From: Myxococcota bacterium
Lineage (GTDB): Bacteria > Myxococcota_A > UBA796 > SXON01
Length of the DNA stretch: 64,000 nt
Direction of reading: 5' to 3'
Assembly (NCBI GenBank): GCA_040386535.1
Contig: JAZKFH010000024.1
Location: 68,330 to 132,329 of the forward strand
Position 1 is the stretch's first letter. The number at the start of each line of letters is the position of its first letter. Position numbers and translations under genes: made by a program. A model generated the notes under the pieces. It saw nothing but the letters and a program-made list of their open reading frames with translations. It was not told where the DNA came from and did not search any database. Shown here piece after piece: positions 41,554 to 50,018 of the stretch.

Positions 41554-44145
41554 ATGCTGTTGCACCTCCTCGCGTGCGCCGACAAGACGCTCGACGACAC
41601 TGCGCCCGTCCCTCCCGATCTGACCGAACGCCTGGCCGCCGACGAGGTGCGCGCGGGCGTGATCACCGACGTGGCGTCGCTCTTCGGCGGCATCTCCGCG
41701 GAGGGCGCGGTCGGCGACATCAAGCTCTACAACGACCGCGTCCAGTTCGTGATCGAGGCCGTCGGCGACAGCGGCTACTACGTCGAGTACGGCGGCGGCC
41801 TGATCGACGCGGACATCGTGCGCGCCGAGGGCGTGCCCGGCCGCGACATGGTCGACGAGATCACGCCGATGGTGGGGCTCGGCCGCGTCGTGAACGCCAC
41901 GAGCGTCACCGTGCTGCAGGACGGCGCGAGCGGCGAGGCCGTGGTGCGCGTCGAGGGCCCCGCCGCGCCGATGCAGCTCATCACGGGCGCGCTGGAGAGC
42001 CCCTCGGTGGTGCCCGACCTCGATCTGCGCGTCCGGACCGACTACACGCTCGCCCCGCGCGCGTGGACGCTGAAGGCCACCACCACGGTGTGGAGCGACG
42101 AAGGCGAGCCGGTCGACCTGTACGTCGGCCAGGTGGCGCTGATGGCGTCGGACGTGTCCGAGGCGTGGCGCCCCGGGGACGGCCGGGAGGACGCCTCGGG
42201 CGACGACGTCGACGTGGTCGGCGCCGTGGGCCTGAAGAACGAGGTCGCGTTCGTGCTGGCGGGGGACGGCGCGCCGCTCGAGAGCGGGACCGTCGGCCGC
42301 CTCCTCGGCGCGATCACGCCCGCGCTCGTCGGCTTCGGCCCCAGCACGACGCTGCCCCCGGGTGAGTCGATGACCTGGTCCAGCTGGCTCGGCGTCGGCC
42401 CGGACATCGCCACGCTGACCGCGGAGAACCTCGGCCGCGGCACCGTGGCGACCCAGACCGTCGCCGGCACGGTCACCGCCGGCGGAGCCCCCGTGGCGGG
42501 CGCCCGCGTGCACGTCCTCGACGGCGCCGGCGCCCCGATCACCCTCGCCTTCACCGACACCGCGGGCGCCTGGAGCGCCACGGTGCCCGCCGGCCCGGTC
42601 TCCTTCGTGGCCTCTGGGCGCGGAAGCTCCCTCCAGATCGATCTCCCCGCGGGCGCGGGGTGGTACTCCCCCTACGACGCCGATCCCACCGTCACCCTCG
42701 CCTCGCTCGCCTCGGGCGCCGAGGGCCCGGCGTTCGCCGAGGGCTACGGCTTCTCCGCGGCGAGCACCGATCCCGATCTCGTCCTCGTCGAGCCCGGCAC
42801 GTTGCTGGTGACCGTGGCGGACGGAGGCTCCGCGGTCGTGTACGCGGCGTACCCGACGGGTGATGCCGTCGTGGCCGACGCGCGGCTCGTGCCCGGCCGG
42901 CCCAGCGGCCATGCCGCCATCGGCTTCATCCGCGACGGCGAGCTGGGCCTGCGTCTGGAGCCGGGCACCTACGACGTGGTCGTGTACCGCGGCGCGCGCG
43001 ACGAGCTGGTGCGTGCCTCCGTCACCATCGCGAGCGGCGAGACCGTTCCGCTCACCGCCGACATCGTGCCCGCCTACACGCTCGACGGCGTCATCACCAT
43101 CGATCCGCACAGCCACGCCTCGCCCAGCAGCGACGCGAGCATCAGCATGGCCGACCGTCTGATCGTGACGGCCGCCAACGGGGTCGACGTGCACGTCGGC
43201 ACCGATCACGACCACACGGTCGACTACCGCCCGCTCCTCGCGCCGCTCGGGCTCGACGGGCGCCTCGTGAGCGTCGTCGCGACCGAGGTGAGCCCGGTCC
43301 TGCGCGGGCACTTCAACACGTGGCCCGGCACGGTCACGCCGGGCGCCACGAACGGCGGCGCGCCGCGGTGGTGGTTCGGGTACGTCGACACCGCCGAGAT
43401 CTTCGGGTGGATGCGCACGATGGTGGGCGAGGAGGGCATCGTCCAGGCGAACCACCCCGTCGGCTCGAGCGGGATGTTCACGCTCGCGGGCTACGACGGC
43501 AACGGCAGCGTGAACACGCCCGACCACTGGTCCGACGACTTCGACGCGATGGAGCTCCTCAACGACGGGGACTGGGAGGACAACCTCCCCTACTACCTCG
43601 ACCTCGTCTCCCGCGGCCGCGTCGTCACCCCCGTGGGCGTGAGCGACTCGCACGCGCACATGTCCGGCGGCGTGGGCCTGAACCTGACGTTCCTCAACAC
43701 GGGGACGCCCCTCGCCGGCATCGACGACGATCTCCTCCGCGCCACCATGCACGCGCGCGGCACCGTCGTGAGCCACGGTCCGTACATCGACGCGCGGATC
43801 GGCGGGGAGTGGGCGCCGGGCGCCACCGTCTCGTCCGGGAGCGTCCTGACGGTCGACGTGCGCGCGCCGAGCTGGATGCCCGTCGAGACCCTCACCCTCT
43901 ACGAGGACGGCGTGCCCGTCGCGACCGAGGCCTGCCTGGGCGCGGCGCCGACGCCGTGCTCCGCGTCGTGGCCGCTGGCGCCCGCGGCCGACGCGTTCTA
44001 CGTCGTGATCGCGGCAAGCACGACCCTCGCGATGGAAGGCGCCCACGCCGGCAACCTCGCGTGGGCGGCCACCGCGGCCACCTTCGTGGACGTGGACGGC
44101 GACGGGTGGACCCCGCCGCGCGCGCCCATCGAGATCGGCGGATAG
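41554..44145 (+). CDS. CehA/McbA-like PHP-family metallohydrolase lipoprotein
   Basis: MLLHLLAC; PHP motifs DPHSH, TDHDH, GHFN, QANHP, GVSDSH. Alternative start GTG 41548. Confidence 0.85.
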   Translation: MLLHLLACADKTLDDTAPVPPDLTERLAADEVRAGVITDVASLFGGISAEGAVGDIKLYNDRVQFVIEAVGDSGYYVEYGGGLIDADIVRAEGVPGRDMVDEITPMVGLGRVVNATSVTVLQDGASGEAVVRVEGPAAPMQLITGALESPSVVPDLDLRVRTDYTLAPRAWTLKATTTVWSDEGEPVDLYVGQVALMASDVSEAWRPGDGREDASGDDVDVVGAVGLKNEVAFVLAGDGAPLESGTVGRLLGAITPALVGFGPSTTLPPGESMTWSSWLGVGPDIATLTAENLGRGTVATQTVAGTVTAGGAPVAGARVHVLDGAGAPITLAFTDTAGAWSATVPAGPVSFVASGRGSSLQIDLPAGAGWYSPYDADPTVTLASLASGAEGPAFAEGYGFSAASTDPDLVLVEPGTLLVTVADGGSAVVYAAYPTGDAVVADARLVPGRPSGHAAIGFIRDGELGLRLEPGTYDVVVYRGARDELVRASVTIASGETVPLTADIVPAYTLDGVITIDPHSHASPSSDASISMADRLIVTAANGVDVHVGTDHDHTVDYRPLLAPLGLDGRLVSVVATEVSPVLRGHFNTWPGTVTPGATNGGAPRWWFGYVDTAEIFGWMRTMVGEEGIVQANHPVGSSGMFTLAGYDGNGSVNTPDHWSDDFDAMELLNDGDWEDNLPYYLDLVSRGRVVTPVGVSDSHAHMSGGVGLNLTFLNTGTPLAGIDDDLLRATMHARGTVVSHGPYIDARIGGEWAPGATVSSGSVLTVDVRAPSWMPVETLTLYEDGVPVATEACLGAAPTPCSASWPLAPAADAFYVVIAASTTLAMEGAHAGNLAWAATAATFVDVDGDGWTPPRAPIEIGG

Positions 44146-44196
44146 TGTCCCCGCTTCCCGTCCGCCCCCGATAGAACGGCGTCCCCCGGAGTTCCC

Positions 44197-44748
44197 ATGG
44201 GTCTCATCCGCTCCCTCGCGAAGAAGGTCATCGGCAAGGTGGCCGGCCGCGCCGACACCGACGCCGGCCCCCGGGCGTCCACGCCGTCGTCGACCGGATC
44301 GGCCGCCGCGCCGTCGGACCGGAACGCGCCGCTGGGCTCGGGCCCCACCCTTGTCCGCGCGCACGACCAGGTCGCGGTCGCCGGGGACGAGGAGCCCGTG
44401 GTCGAGAACGCCGAGGCGCTCTCGATGATCGAGTGCTCCGCGCAGGAGATCAAGGAGCGGCTCGACGCCGGCGAGCCCGTCACCGTGCTCGACGTGCGCG
44501 AGCCCTCGGAGACCGCGGGCGGCATCATCCCCGGCGCGCTGCTCATCCCCCTCGGGCAGCTCCGCGCCCGCTGGGAAGAGGTCAAGGACGCCAACGAGAT
44601 CGTCTGCTACTGCGCCGCGGGCGCCCGCTCGCTCCAGGCGGCCCACTTCCTCCGCGAGAAGGGGCTGTTCAACGCCACGAGCCTCGACGGGGGCATCTCG
44701 GGGTGGATGGAGATCGGCGGCAAGATCAAGCGGCCTTCCCTCCCGTGA
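44197..44748 (+). CDS. Rhodanese-like domain protein
   Basis: VLDVREP.E...GIIPGALLIPL, CYCAAGARS, SLDGGI..W. Confidence 0.92.
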   Translation: MGLIRSLAKKVIGKVAGRADTDAGPRASTPSSTGSAAAPSDRNAPLGSGPTLVRAHDQVAVAGDEEPVVENAEALSMIECSAQEIKERLDAGEPVTVLDVREPSETAGGIIPGALLIPLGQLRARWEEVKDANEIVCYCAAGARSLQAAHFLREKGLFNATSLDGGISGWMEIGGKIKRPSLP

Positions 44749-45533
44749 CCGCTCCCGAGCGCGCGCCGGAGCTGGTGGTCGTCGGGCCGGGGCGCGTCGG
44801 GAGCGCCTTTGTGCGCGCCGCCGAGAAGGCGGGGATCGCCACGGTCGCCGTGGGGCGCGCCGATCAGACCGCCCTCACGACGTCCCACCCCGGCGTCCCC
44901 ATCGTCGTGTGCACGCGCGCCGACGATCTCGCGGCGGTCATCGCGGCGACCGCGCCCGAGAACCGCGCCGACCTGGTGTTCGTCCAGAACGGGATGATCC
45001 GGCCCCTCCTCACGGCCCACGGCCTCGCCGAGAACACCCAGGGGCTCGTGTACTTCGCGGCCACCTCGCGCACCGCTCCGGTCGAGCCCGGCGCGCCCAG
45101 CCTGTTCTGGGGGCCGCACGCCGCCGCGATCGTGGCGATGCTCGCCGCCGACCGCATCCCCGCCCGCGTCGTGACCGATCGCGACGAGTTCGCGCGCGAG
45201 ATCGGCGCCAAGCTCGCGTGGAACGTGATCTTCGGCCTGCTCGGCCAGCGCTTCGACCAGCCGGTCGGCGAGACCGTGCGCCGCCGCCGCCCGGAGGTGG
45301 TCGCGCTCGCGAAGGAGATCGTGCCGGTGCTCGCGCGCGCGCTCGACACGCCGATCCCGGTCCGCCCCCTCGTGGAGGGGCTGCTGGCCTACTCCGCGCG
45401 CATCCCGACCTTCCGCGCCACGGTGAAGGAGCTCGCCTGGCGCAACGGCTGGGTGGCGGGGGCCGCGCGGAGTTTCGGCCTCGCGACGCCGCTGCACGAC
45501 AAGCTGCTCCGCGAGACCGAGCGCCCGCCGTAA
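44745..45533 (+). CDS. Ketopantoate-reductase-like Rossmann-fold protein
   Basis: VVVGPGRVG, VCTRADDL, DLVFVQNGM, KLAWN, VKELAWRNGW; GTG start overlapping the rhodanese stop. Confidence 0.8.
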   Translation: MTAPERAPELVVVGPGRVGSAFVRAAEKAGIATVAVGRADQTALTTSHPGVPIVVCTRADDLAAVIAATAPENRADLVFVQNGMIRPLLTAHGLAENTQGLVYFAATSRTAPVEPGAPSLFWGPHAAAIVAMLAADRIPARVVTDRDEFAREIGAKLAWNVIFGLLGQRFDQPVGETVRRRRPEVVALAKEIVPVLARALDTPIPVRPLVEGLLAYSARIPTFRATVKELAWRNGWVAGAARSFGLATPLHDKLLRETERPP

Positions 45534-45570
45534 GTCAGGAGACGGTCGCGCCGTAAGTCAGGAGACGGTC
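45526..45570 (+). repeat. Perfect 22-bp tandem direct repeat (period 23)
   Basis: CGCCGTAAGTCAGGAGACGGTC at 45526-45547 and 45549-45570. Confidence 0.9.
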
Positions 45571-45600
45571 CAGGCCGAGGTCGACCGCGAGGTGGTGCGC

Positions 45601-45606
45601 TATACT
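45601..45606 (+). promoter_or_regulatory. Candidate -10 box (TATACT) 7 nt before GTG 45614; possible leaderless mRNA
   Basis: TATACT-CCGCGCC-GTG with no SD sequence. Confidence 0.55.
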
Positions 45607-45613
45607 CCGCGCC

Positions 45614-47176
45614 GTGCGCCCCATCCGCGAACGCCTCCTCCGCAAGGGCGACTACGTCCACGGCTCGTTCTTCAAGCCGGAACAAGTCGATGGCTACATC
45701 AACGCCGTGAACCCCGGTGACAGGACCGACGTCCTCGGTCGGTTCCCCTTCTCCACCCGTAGCGTCGACGACGCGATCGAGTTCGCCACCGTCGGCGCCA
45801 CGCGCTGGCGCCGGGTCGGGCTCAACGATCGCGCCGCGGCCCTCCGCCGCTTCCGCGAGCAGCTGCACCACGCGCAGGAGACGCTCGCGCGCCTCGTGAC
45901 GCGCGAGAACGGCAAGCCGCTCTGGGAGGCGCGCCAGGAGGTGCAGTCGGCGATCCGCACGGTCGACATCTACCTGGATGACGGTGTGGGCCTGCTCGCG
46001 CCGCGCATCGTCGAGGAGATCTCCGCGCGCACCGACTACGTGCCGCGTGGCGTCGTCGGCGTGGTGAGCCCCTACAACCTGCCCGTGCTGCTCGGCGTCG
46101 GCATGACCGCCGCCGCGGTGCTCGCGGGCAACGCGGTCATCATCAAGCCGAGCAAGTTCACGCCAGGCGTGGGCCAGCTCATCGCCGAGTTGTGGGACCG
46201 CGCGAAGCTGCCCCGCGGCGTCTTCAGCCTCGTGCACGGCTCCGGCAGCGTCATCGGGCAGCGGCTGGTCGGCCACGCCGGGCTCGACGCGCTCCTGTTC
46301 GCCGGCAGCTTCGAGAGCGCGCGGGACGTGCGGCGCGCCACGGCCGAGCGTCCCGAGCTGCCCGCCCTCTACCAGTCCGGCGGCAAGGGCATCGCGCTCG
46401 TGTTGGACGACGCCGAGCTCGACCGCGCCGTGTACGAGGTGCTCGTCGGCGCCTTCATGTCGACCGGGCAGCGCCACAACTCGACCGCGCGAGTCTTCGT
46501 CACCGAGGGCATCTACGAGCGCTTCGCCGAGGAGCTCGTGCGCCGCGCCCAGCGTTTGCGCATCGGCTACGGCTTCGACAACGACGTGTTCATGGGCCCG
46601 CTCATCTCGGAGAACTTCCGGACGCGGTTCCGCAAGTATTGCCGGGCCGTCACGAGCAAGGGCCACACGGCGCTGCTCGAGGGGGACACGCACGAGGTGC
46701 AGGGGTACCGCGGCAACTACGCGAAGCCCGGCATCTACAAGGTGGACTGGCAGAACGGGAGCCCCTTCCTGAACGACGAGCCGCCCGGCCCCATCGCGCT
46801 CCTGTACGTGGTCAAGAACTGGGAGGAGGCCGTGAGCCTGCACAACCAGGCCACCTACCGCATGACCGCGAGCATCTTCACGCGGCCGCAGAACCCCGTG
46901 CTCCCCGAGCTGCGGGACGCGCTGCGCACCGGCTCGGTCAACGTGAACCGCGGCACCATCGGCCAGAGCCTCCGCCTCCCCTCGACCGGGCTCGGCCGCG
47001 CTGGGAACGGCGTGGCCGGCGGAATCGAGCTGTTGCGGGTGCTCACGGTGCCGCGCGGGAGCCTCTCGGAGACCCGCCCGTTCGACGCGCAGAACCTCGT
47101 CCCGGGCGTGGCCTGGACCGATGAGGACGACGACGACTCCGATCTCGGAGGGGCGTTGGAGCTGGCCGTCGAATAG
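45614..47176 (+). CDS. Aldehyde dehydrogenase family protein (AstD-like) with substituted catalytic residues
   Basis: ENGKPLWEA, SPYNLP, AGNAVIIKPS, FAGS; but YQSGGKG replaces LEMGGKN and GQRHNS replaces GQRCT. Confidence 0.9.
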   Translation: MRPIRERLLRKGDYVHGSFFKPEQVDGYINAVNPGDRTDVLGRFPFSTRSVDDAIEFATVGATRWRRVGLNDRAAALRRFREQLHHAQETLARLVTRENGKPLWEARQEVQSAIRTVDIYLDDGVGLLAPRIVEEISARTDYVPRGVVGVVSPYNLPVLLGVGMTAAAVLAGNAVIIKPSKFTPGVGQLIAELWDRAKLPRGVFSLVHGSGSVIGQRLVGHAGLDALLFAGSFESARDVRRATAERPELPALYQSGGKGIALVLDDAELDRAVYEVLVGAFMSTGQRHNSTARVFVTEGIYERFAEELVRRAQRLRIGYGFDNDVFMGPLISENFRTRFRKYCRAVTSKGHTALLEGDTHEVQGYRGNYAKPGIYKVDWQNGSPFLNDEPPGPIALLYVVKNWEEAVSLHNQATYRMTASIFTRPQNPVLPELRDALRTGSVNVNRGTIGQSLRLPSTGLGRAGNGVAGGIELLRVLTVPRGSLSETRPFDAQNLVPGVAWTDEDDDDSDLGGALELAVE

Positions 47177-47185
47177 ACGCTACCG

Positions 47186-48094
47186 ATGTCCAAGATCTCG
47201 ATCGGAAACGTCCAGCTCGACCTGGGTGCCGGGCGCCGCGGCGTCGACATGGGGCCCTCCGCCATCCATCTCGCCGGCCTCAAGAGCGGCATCATCGCGC
47301 TCGGCCACCAGGTGATGGAGAACTACGCCATCGGCGCCGCGTCGCAAGAGATGGTCGATCCCGGCGATCCACACGCCCGCTTCCTCCCCGAGATCGCGCG
47401 CGTCTGCTCCGAGCTGGCCGACCGCGTCGAGCTCGCTCTGGAGCACGGCTGGTTCCCCGTCGTGCTCGGCGGCGATCACTCCGTCGCCATCGGCACGATC
47501 TCCGGCATCGCCCGCTTCTACCGCAAGCGCGGCCAGCGCATCGGCGTGTTGTGGGTCGACGCCCACACCGACTCGAACACCCCCGAGACCTCGCCCTCCG
47601 GCAACATCCACGGCATGCCGCTCGCGGTGCTGCTCGGGCACGGTCCGCGCGACCTGGTCGCGATCGCGGGCGCCGAGCCCGCCCTCCGCATCGGCGACGT
47701 GTGCGTGATCGGCGCGCGCGACATCGACATGACGGAGCGTTCGGTCGTGCACGAGATGGGGCTGCGCGTCTACACGATGAGCGAGTTGGACGAGCGCGGC
47801 ACCGCCGTGTGCGTGCGCGAGGCCATCGAGCGAGTGAGCGCGCACACCGCCGGCGTGCACCTGTCCTTCGATCTCGACGGCGTGGACCCCCAGCATGCGC
47901 CCGGCGTCGGCACGCCCGTGCCCGGCGGCCTCAACCTGCGCGAGTCCCACCTCATCTGCGAGAAGGTCGCGCAGACGGGCAAGGTGCTGGGCGTGGAGAT
48001 GGTCGAGCTCAACCCGGTCATCGACAGCGAGAACCGCACCGGCAAGCTGGCCGTGTGGCTCATCCTCTCGGCGCTCGGCAAGACCATCCTGTAG
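47186..48094 (+). CDS. rocF: Arginase
   Basis: RRGVDMGPSA, GGDHS, WVDAHTD.NTP.TSPSGNIHGMP, SFDLDGVDP, PGVGTPV.GG, VELNP. Confidence 0.95.
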   Translation: MSKISIGNVQLDLGAGRRGVDMGPSAIHLAGLKSGIIALGHQVMENYAIGAASQEMVDPGDPHARFLPEIARVCSELADRVELALEHGWFPVVLGGDHSVAIGTISGIARFYRKRGQRIGVLWVDAHTDSNTPETSPSGNIHGMPLAVLLGHGPRDLVAIAGAEPALRIGDVCVIGARDIDMTERSVVHEMGLRVYTMSELDERGTAVCVREAIERVSAHTAGVHLSFDLDGVDPQHAPGVGTPVPGGLNLRESHLICEKVAQTGKVLGVEMVELNPVIDSENRTGKLAVWLILSALGKTIL

Positions 48095-48143
48095 CGCCCG
48101 TTCGCAAGCTGAAACTCGGCGGGTCGAGTAGATTTCTCGGGAG

Positions 48144-50018
48144 GTGACGGTGCGCGTTTGGCTGCTTCCATGTCTCGGAGTGTGCCTCGCGGCCTGTACC
48201 TCCACGTCGAAAGACGACACCGGCTCCGGCCCGGTCGAGCTGAGTTGTGAGGGGGCGCCCCCGCCCACCTGGTACGCCGATCTCGACGGGGACGGCTTCG
48301 GGCGCGCCGGATCCGACCGCGCGGCCTGCGAGGTGCCCGAGGACTACGTCGCCAACGCGGATGACTGTGACGACGCGCGCGCCGGCGTGTTCCCCGGCGC
48401 GGCCGAGGCGTGTGACGGCCTGGACGGCGACTGTGACGGCGAGGGAGACGACACCGATCCCGACGTGACGCGAACGAGCTGGTACCTCGACGCGGACGCT
48501 GATGGCTACGGGGATGCCGACGCGACCACGTCCGCCTGCGCCGCCCCCCCCGGCTACGCGGCCGCGGCCGGAGATTGCGCGGACGACAACGCCGCCGTGT
48601 TCCCCGACGCGCCCGACGCGTGTGGTGGCGGAGACGACGATTGTGACGGCGCGGACGACGCGTGCACCCGCGAGGGGGAGCTCTCCGTGGCCGACGCGGA
48701 CGCGACCCTGGTGGGCGAGGCCGCGGGGGACGCGGCCGGGACGTGGGTCGCCGTCGGCGATGTCGATGGGGACGGCATCGCCGACGCGTTGACCAGCGCG
48801 CCCTACGCGGAAGGGGTGGCCGGCGCGGCGTGGCTCGTGCGCGGCCCGTTCATGGGGACGCGGCGCCTGGAGGACGCGGATCTCCGCATCGCGGGCACGC
48901 CCCCGGTGGACGACATGGGTGGCTTCACGATCGGGCCCGTGGCCCTCGGGGATCTCGACGGGGACGGCCTCGCGGAGCTCGTGATCGCCGCCCCGGACGG
49001 CGGGGCCGAGACCGGCGTGTGGCGCTTCCTGGGCACCGCGCGCGGCGCGATGGATCTGGACGCGGCGGACGGCGAGCGCCTCGGCGGGCCCGATGACGGC
49101 GTCGGCACCAGCCTCGCCATCGGCGGGGACCTCGACGGGGACGGCCTGTTCGACCTGCTCGTGGGCGCGCCGGGCGCGAGCGTCGAGGGCGTGGAGCGGG
49201 GCGGCGTGGCGCTCGTCAGCGGCGCGTTCGGCGGCACGGGCCTGCTGGCGGACACGGCTACATGGCTGTTCGGGGAGACCGCGGGCGCCGAGGCCGGAGC
49301 CGCGGTGGCCAGCCCCGGAGACATCGATGGAGACGGCTTCGCCGATCTGCTCGTGGGGGCGCCCGGCGCCATCGCCGCGGGCGATATCGACGCGGCCGCC
49401 ATCGGGGCGGCGTACCTGTTCTACGGGCCGCTCTCCGGGTCCCCGTCGCTCGCGGACGCGGACGGCACCCTGTACGGCGAGGCGGCGGGTGACCGCGCGG
49501 GCGCCGCGGTCGCCGGGGTGGGCGACATCGACGGGGACGGCGTGGCCGACGTGATGATCGGCGCCCCGGGGGTGGACCTCGGCGGCGACGACACGGGTGA
49601 CCTCGGCACCCTCGACGTCGGCGCGGCCTACCTCGTGCGCGGGCCGATCACGGGCGAGGGCCTGTTGGCCGATGCCCACTGCACCCTGTTGGGTGACACC
49701 GCCGGCCACGACGCCGGCACGACGATCGTGGCGCTGGGCGACATGAACGAGGATGGCCGCGCGGACGTGGGGGTGGCCGGGGCCGGCGCGGGGCGCGCGT
49801 GGCTCCTGCTCGGGCCGTTCGCGGGGACGGTCGCCCTGACCTACGCCGAGGTGACGCTGGTTGGCGGCGATGCCCTGGACGAGACCGGCGCGAGCCTCGC
49901 GGGCGGCGCGGATCTCGACGGCGACGGGGAGTTCGACCTGCTCGTCGGGAGCCCCGGGGCGGACGCGGGGGGCAGCGGCGCGGGGATGGTCTCGATGGTG
50001 CGGGGGTGGGTGCGATGA
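48144..50018 (+). CDS. Lipoprotein with MopE-type repeats and an FG-GAP (integrin-alpha-like) beta-propeller
   Basis: LAAC lipobox; two DCDD repeats; about seven GD.DGDG..D..VGAP repeats. Confidence 0.88.
   Translation: MTVRVWLLPCLGVCLAACTSTSKDDTGSGPVELSCEGAPPPTWYADLDGDGFGRAGSDRAACEVPEDYVANADDCDDARAGVFPGAAEACDGLDGDCDGEGDDTDPDVTRTSWYLDADADGYGDADATTSACAAPPGYAAAAGDCADDNAAVFPDAPDACGGGDDDCDGADDACTREGELSVADADATLVGEAAGDAAGTWVAVGDVDGDGIADALTSAPYAEGVAGAAWLVRGPFMGTRRLEDADLRIAGTPPVDDMGGFTIGPVALGDLDGDGLAELVIAAPDGGAETGVWRFLGTARGAMDLDAADGERLGGPDDGVGTSLAIGGDLDGDGLFDLLVGAPGASVEGVERGGVALVSGAFGGTGLLADTATWLFGETAGAEAGAAVASPGDIDGDGFADLLVGAPGAIAAGDIDAAAIGAAYLFYGPLSGSPSLADADGTLYGEAAGDRAGAAVAGVGDIDGDGVADVMIGAPGVDLGGDDTGDLGTLDVGAAYLVRGPITGEGLLADAHCTLLGDTAGHDAGTTIVALGDMNEDGRADVGVAGAGAGRAWLLLGPFAGTVALTYAEVTLVGGDALDETGASLAGGADLDGDGEFDLLVGSPGADAGGSGAGMVSMVRGWVR

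Noticed and set aside
40897-44646. 5' extension making a 2122-aa minus-strand ORF
   Set aside because: It overlaps three well-supported genes. Stop-poor frames are expected at this GC content, and the real start is 40896.
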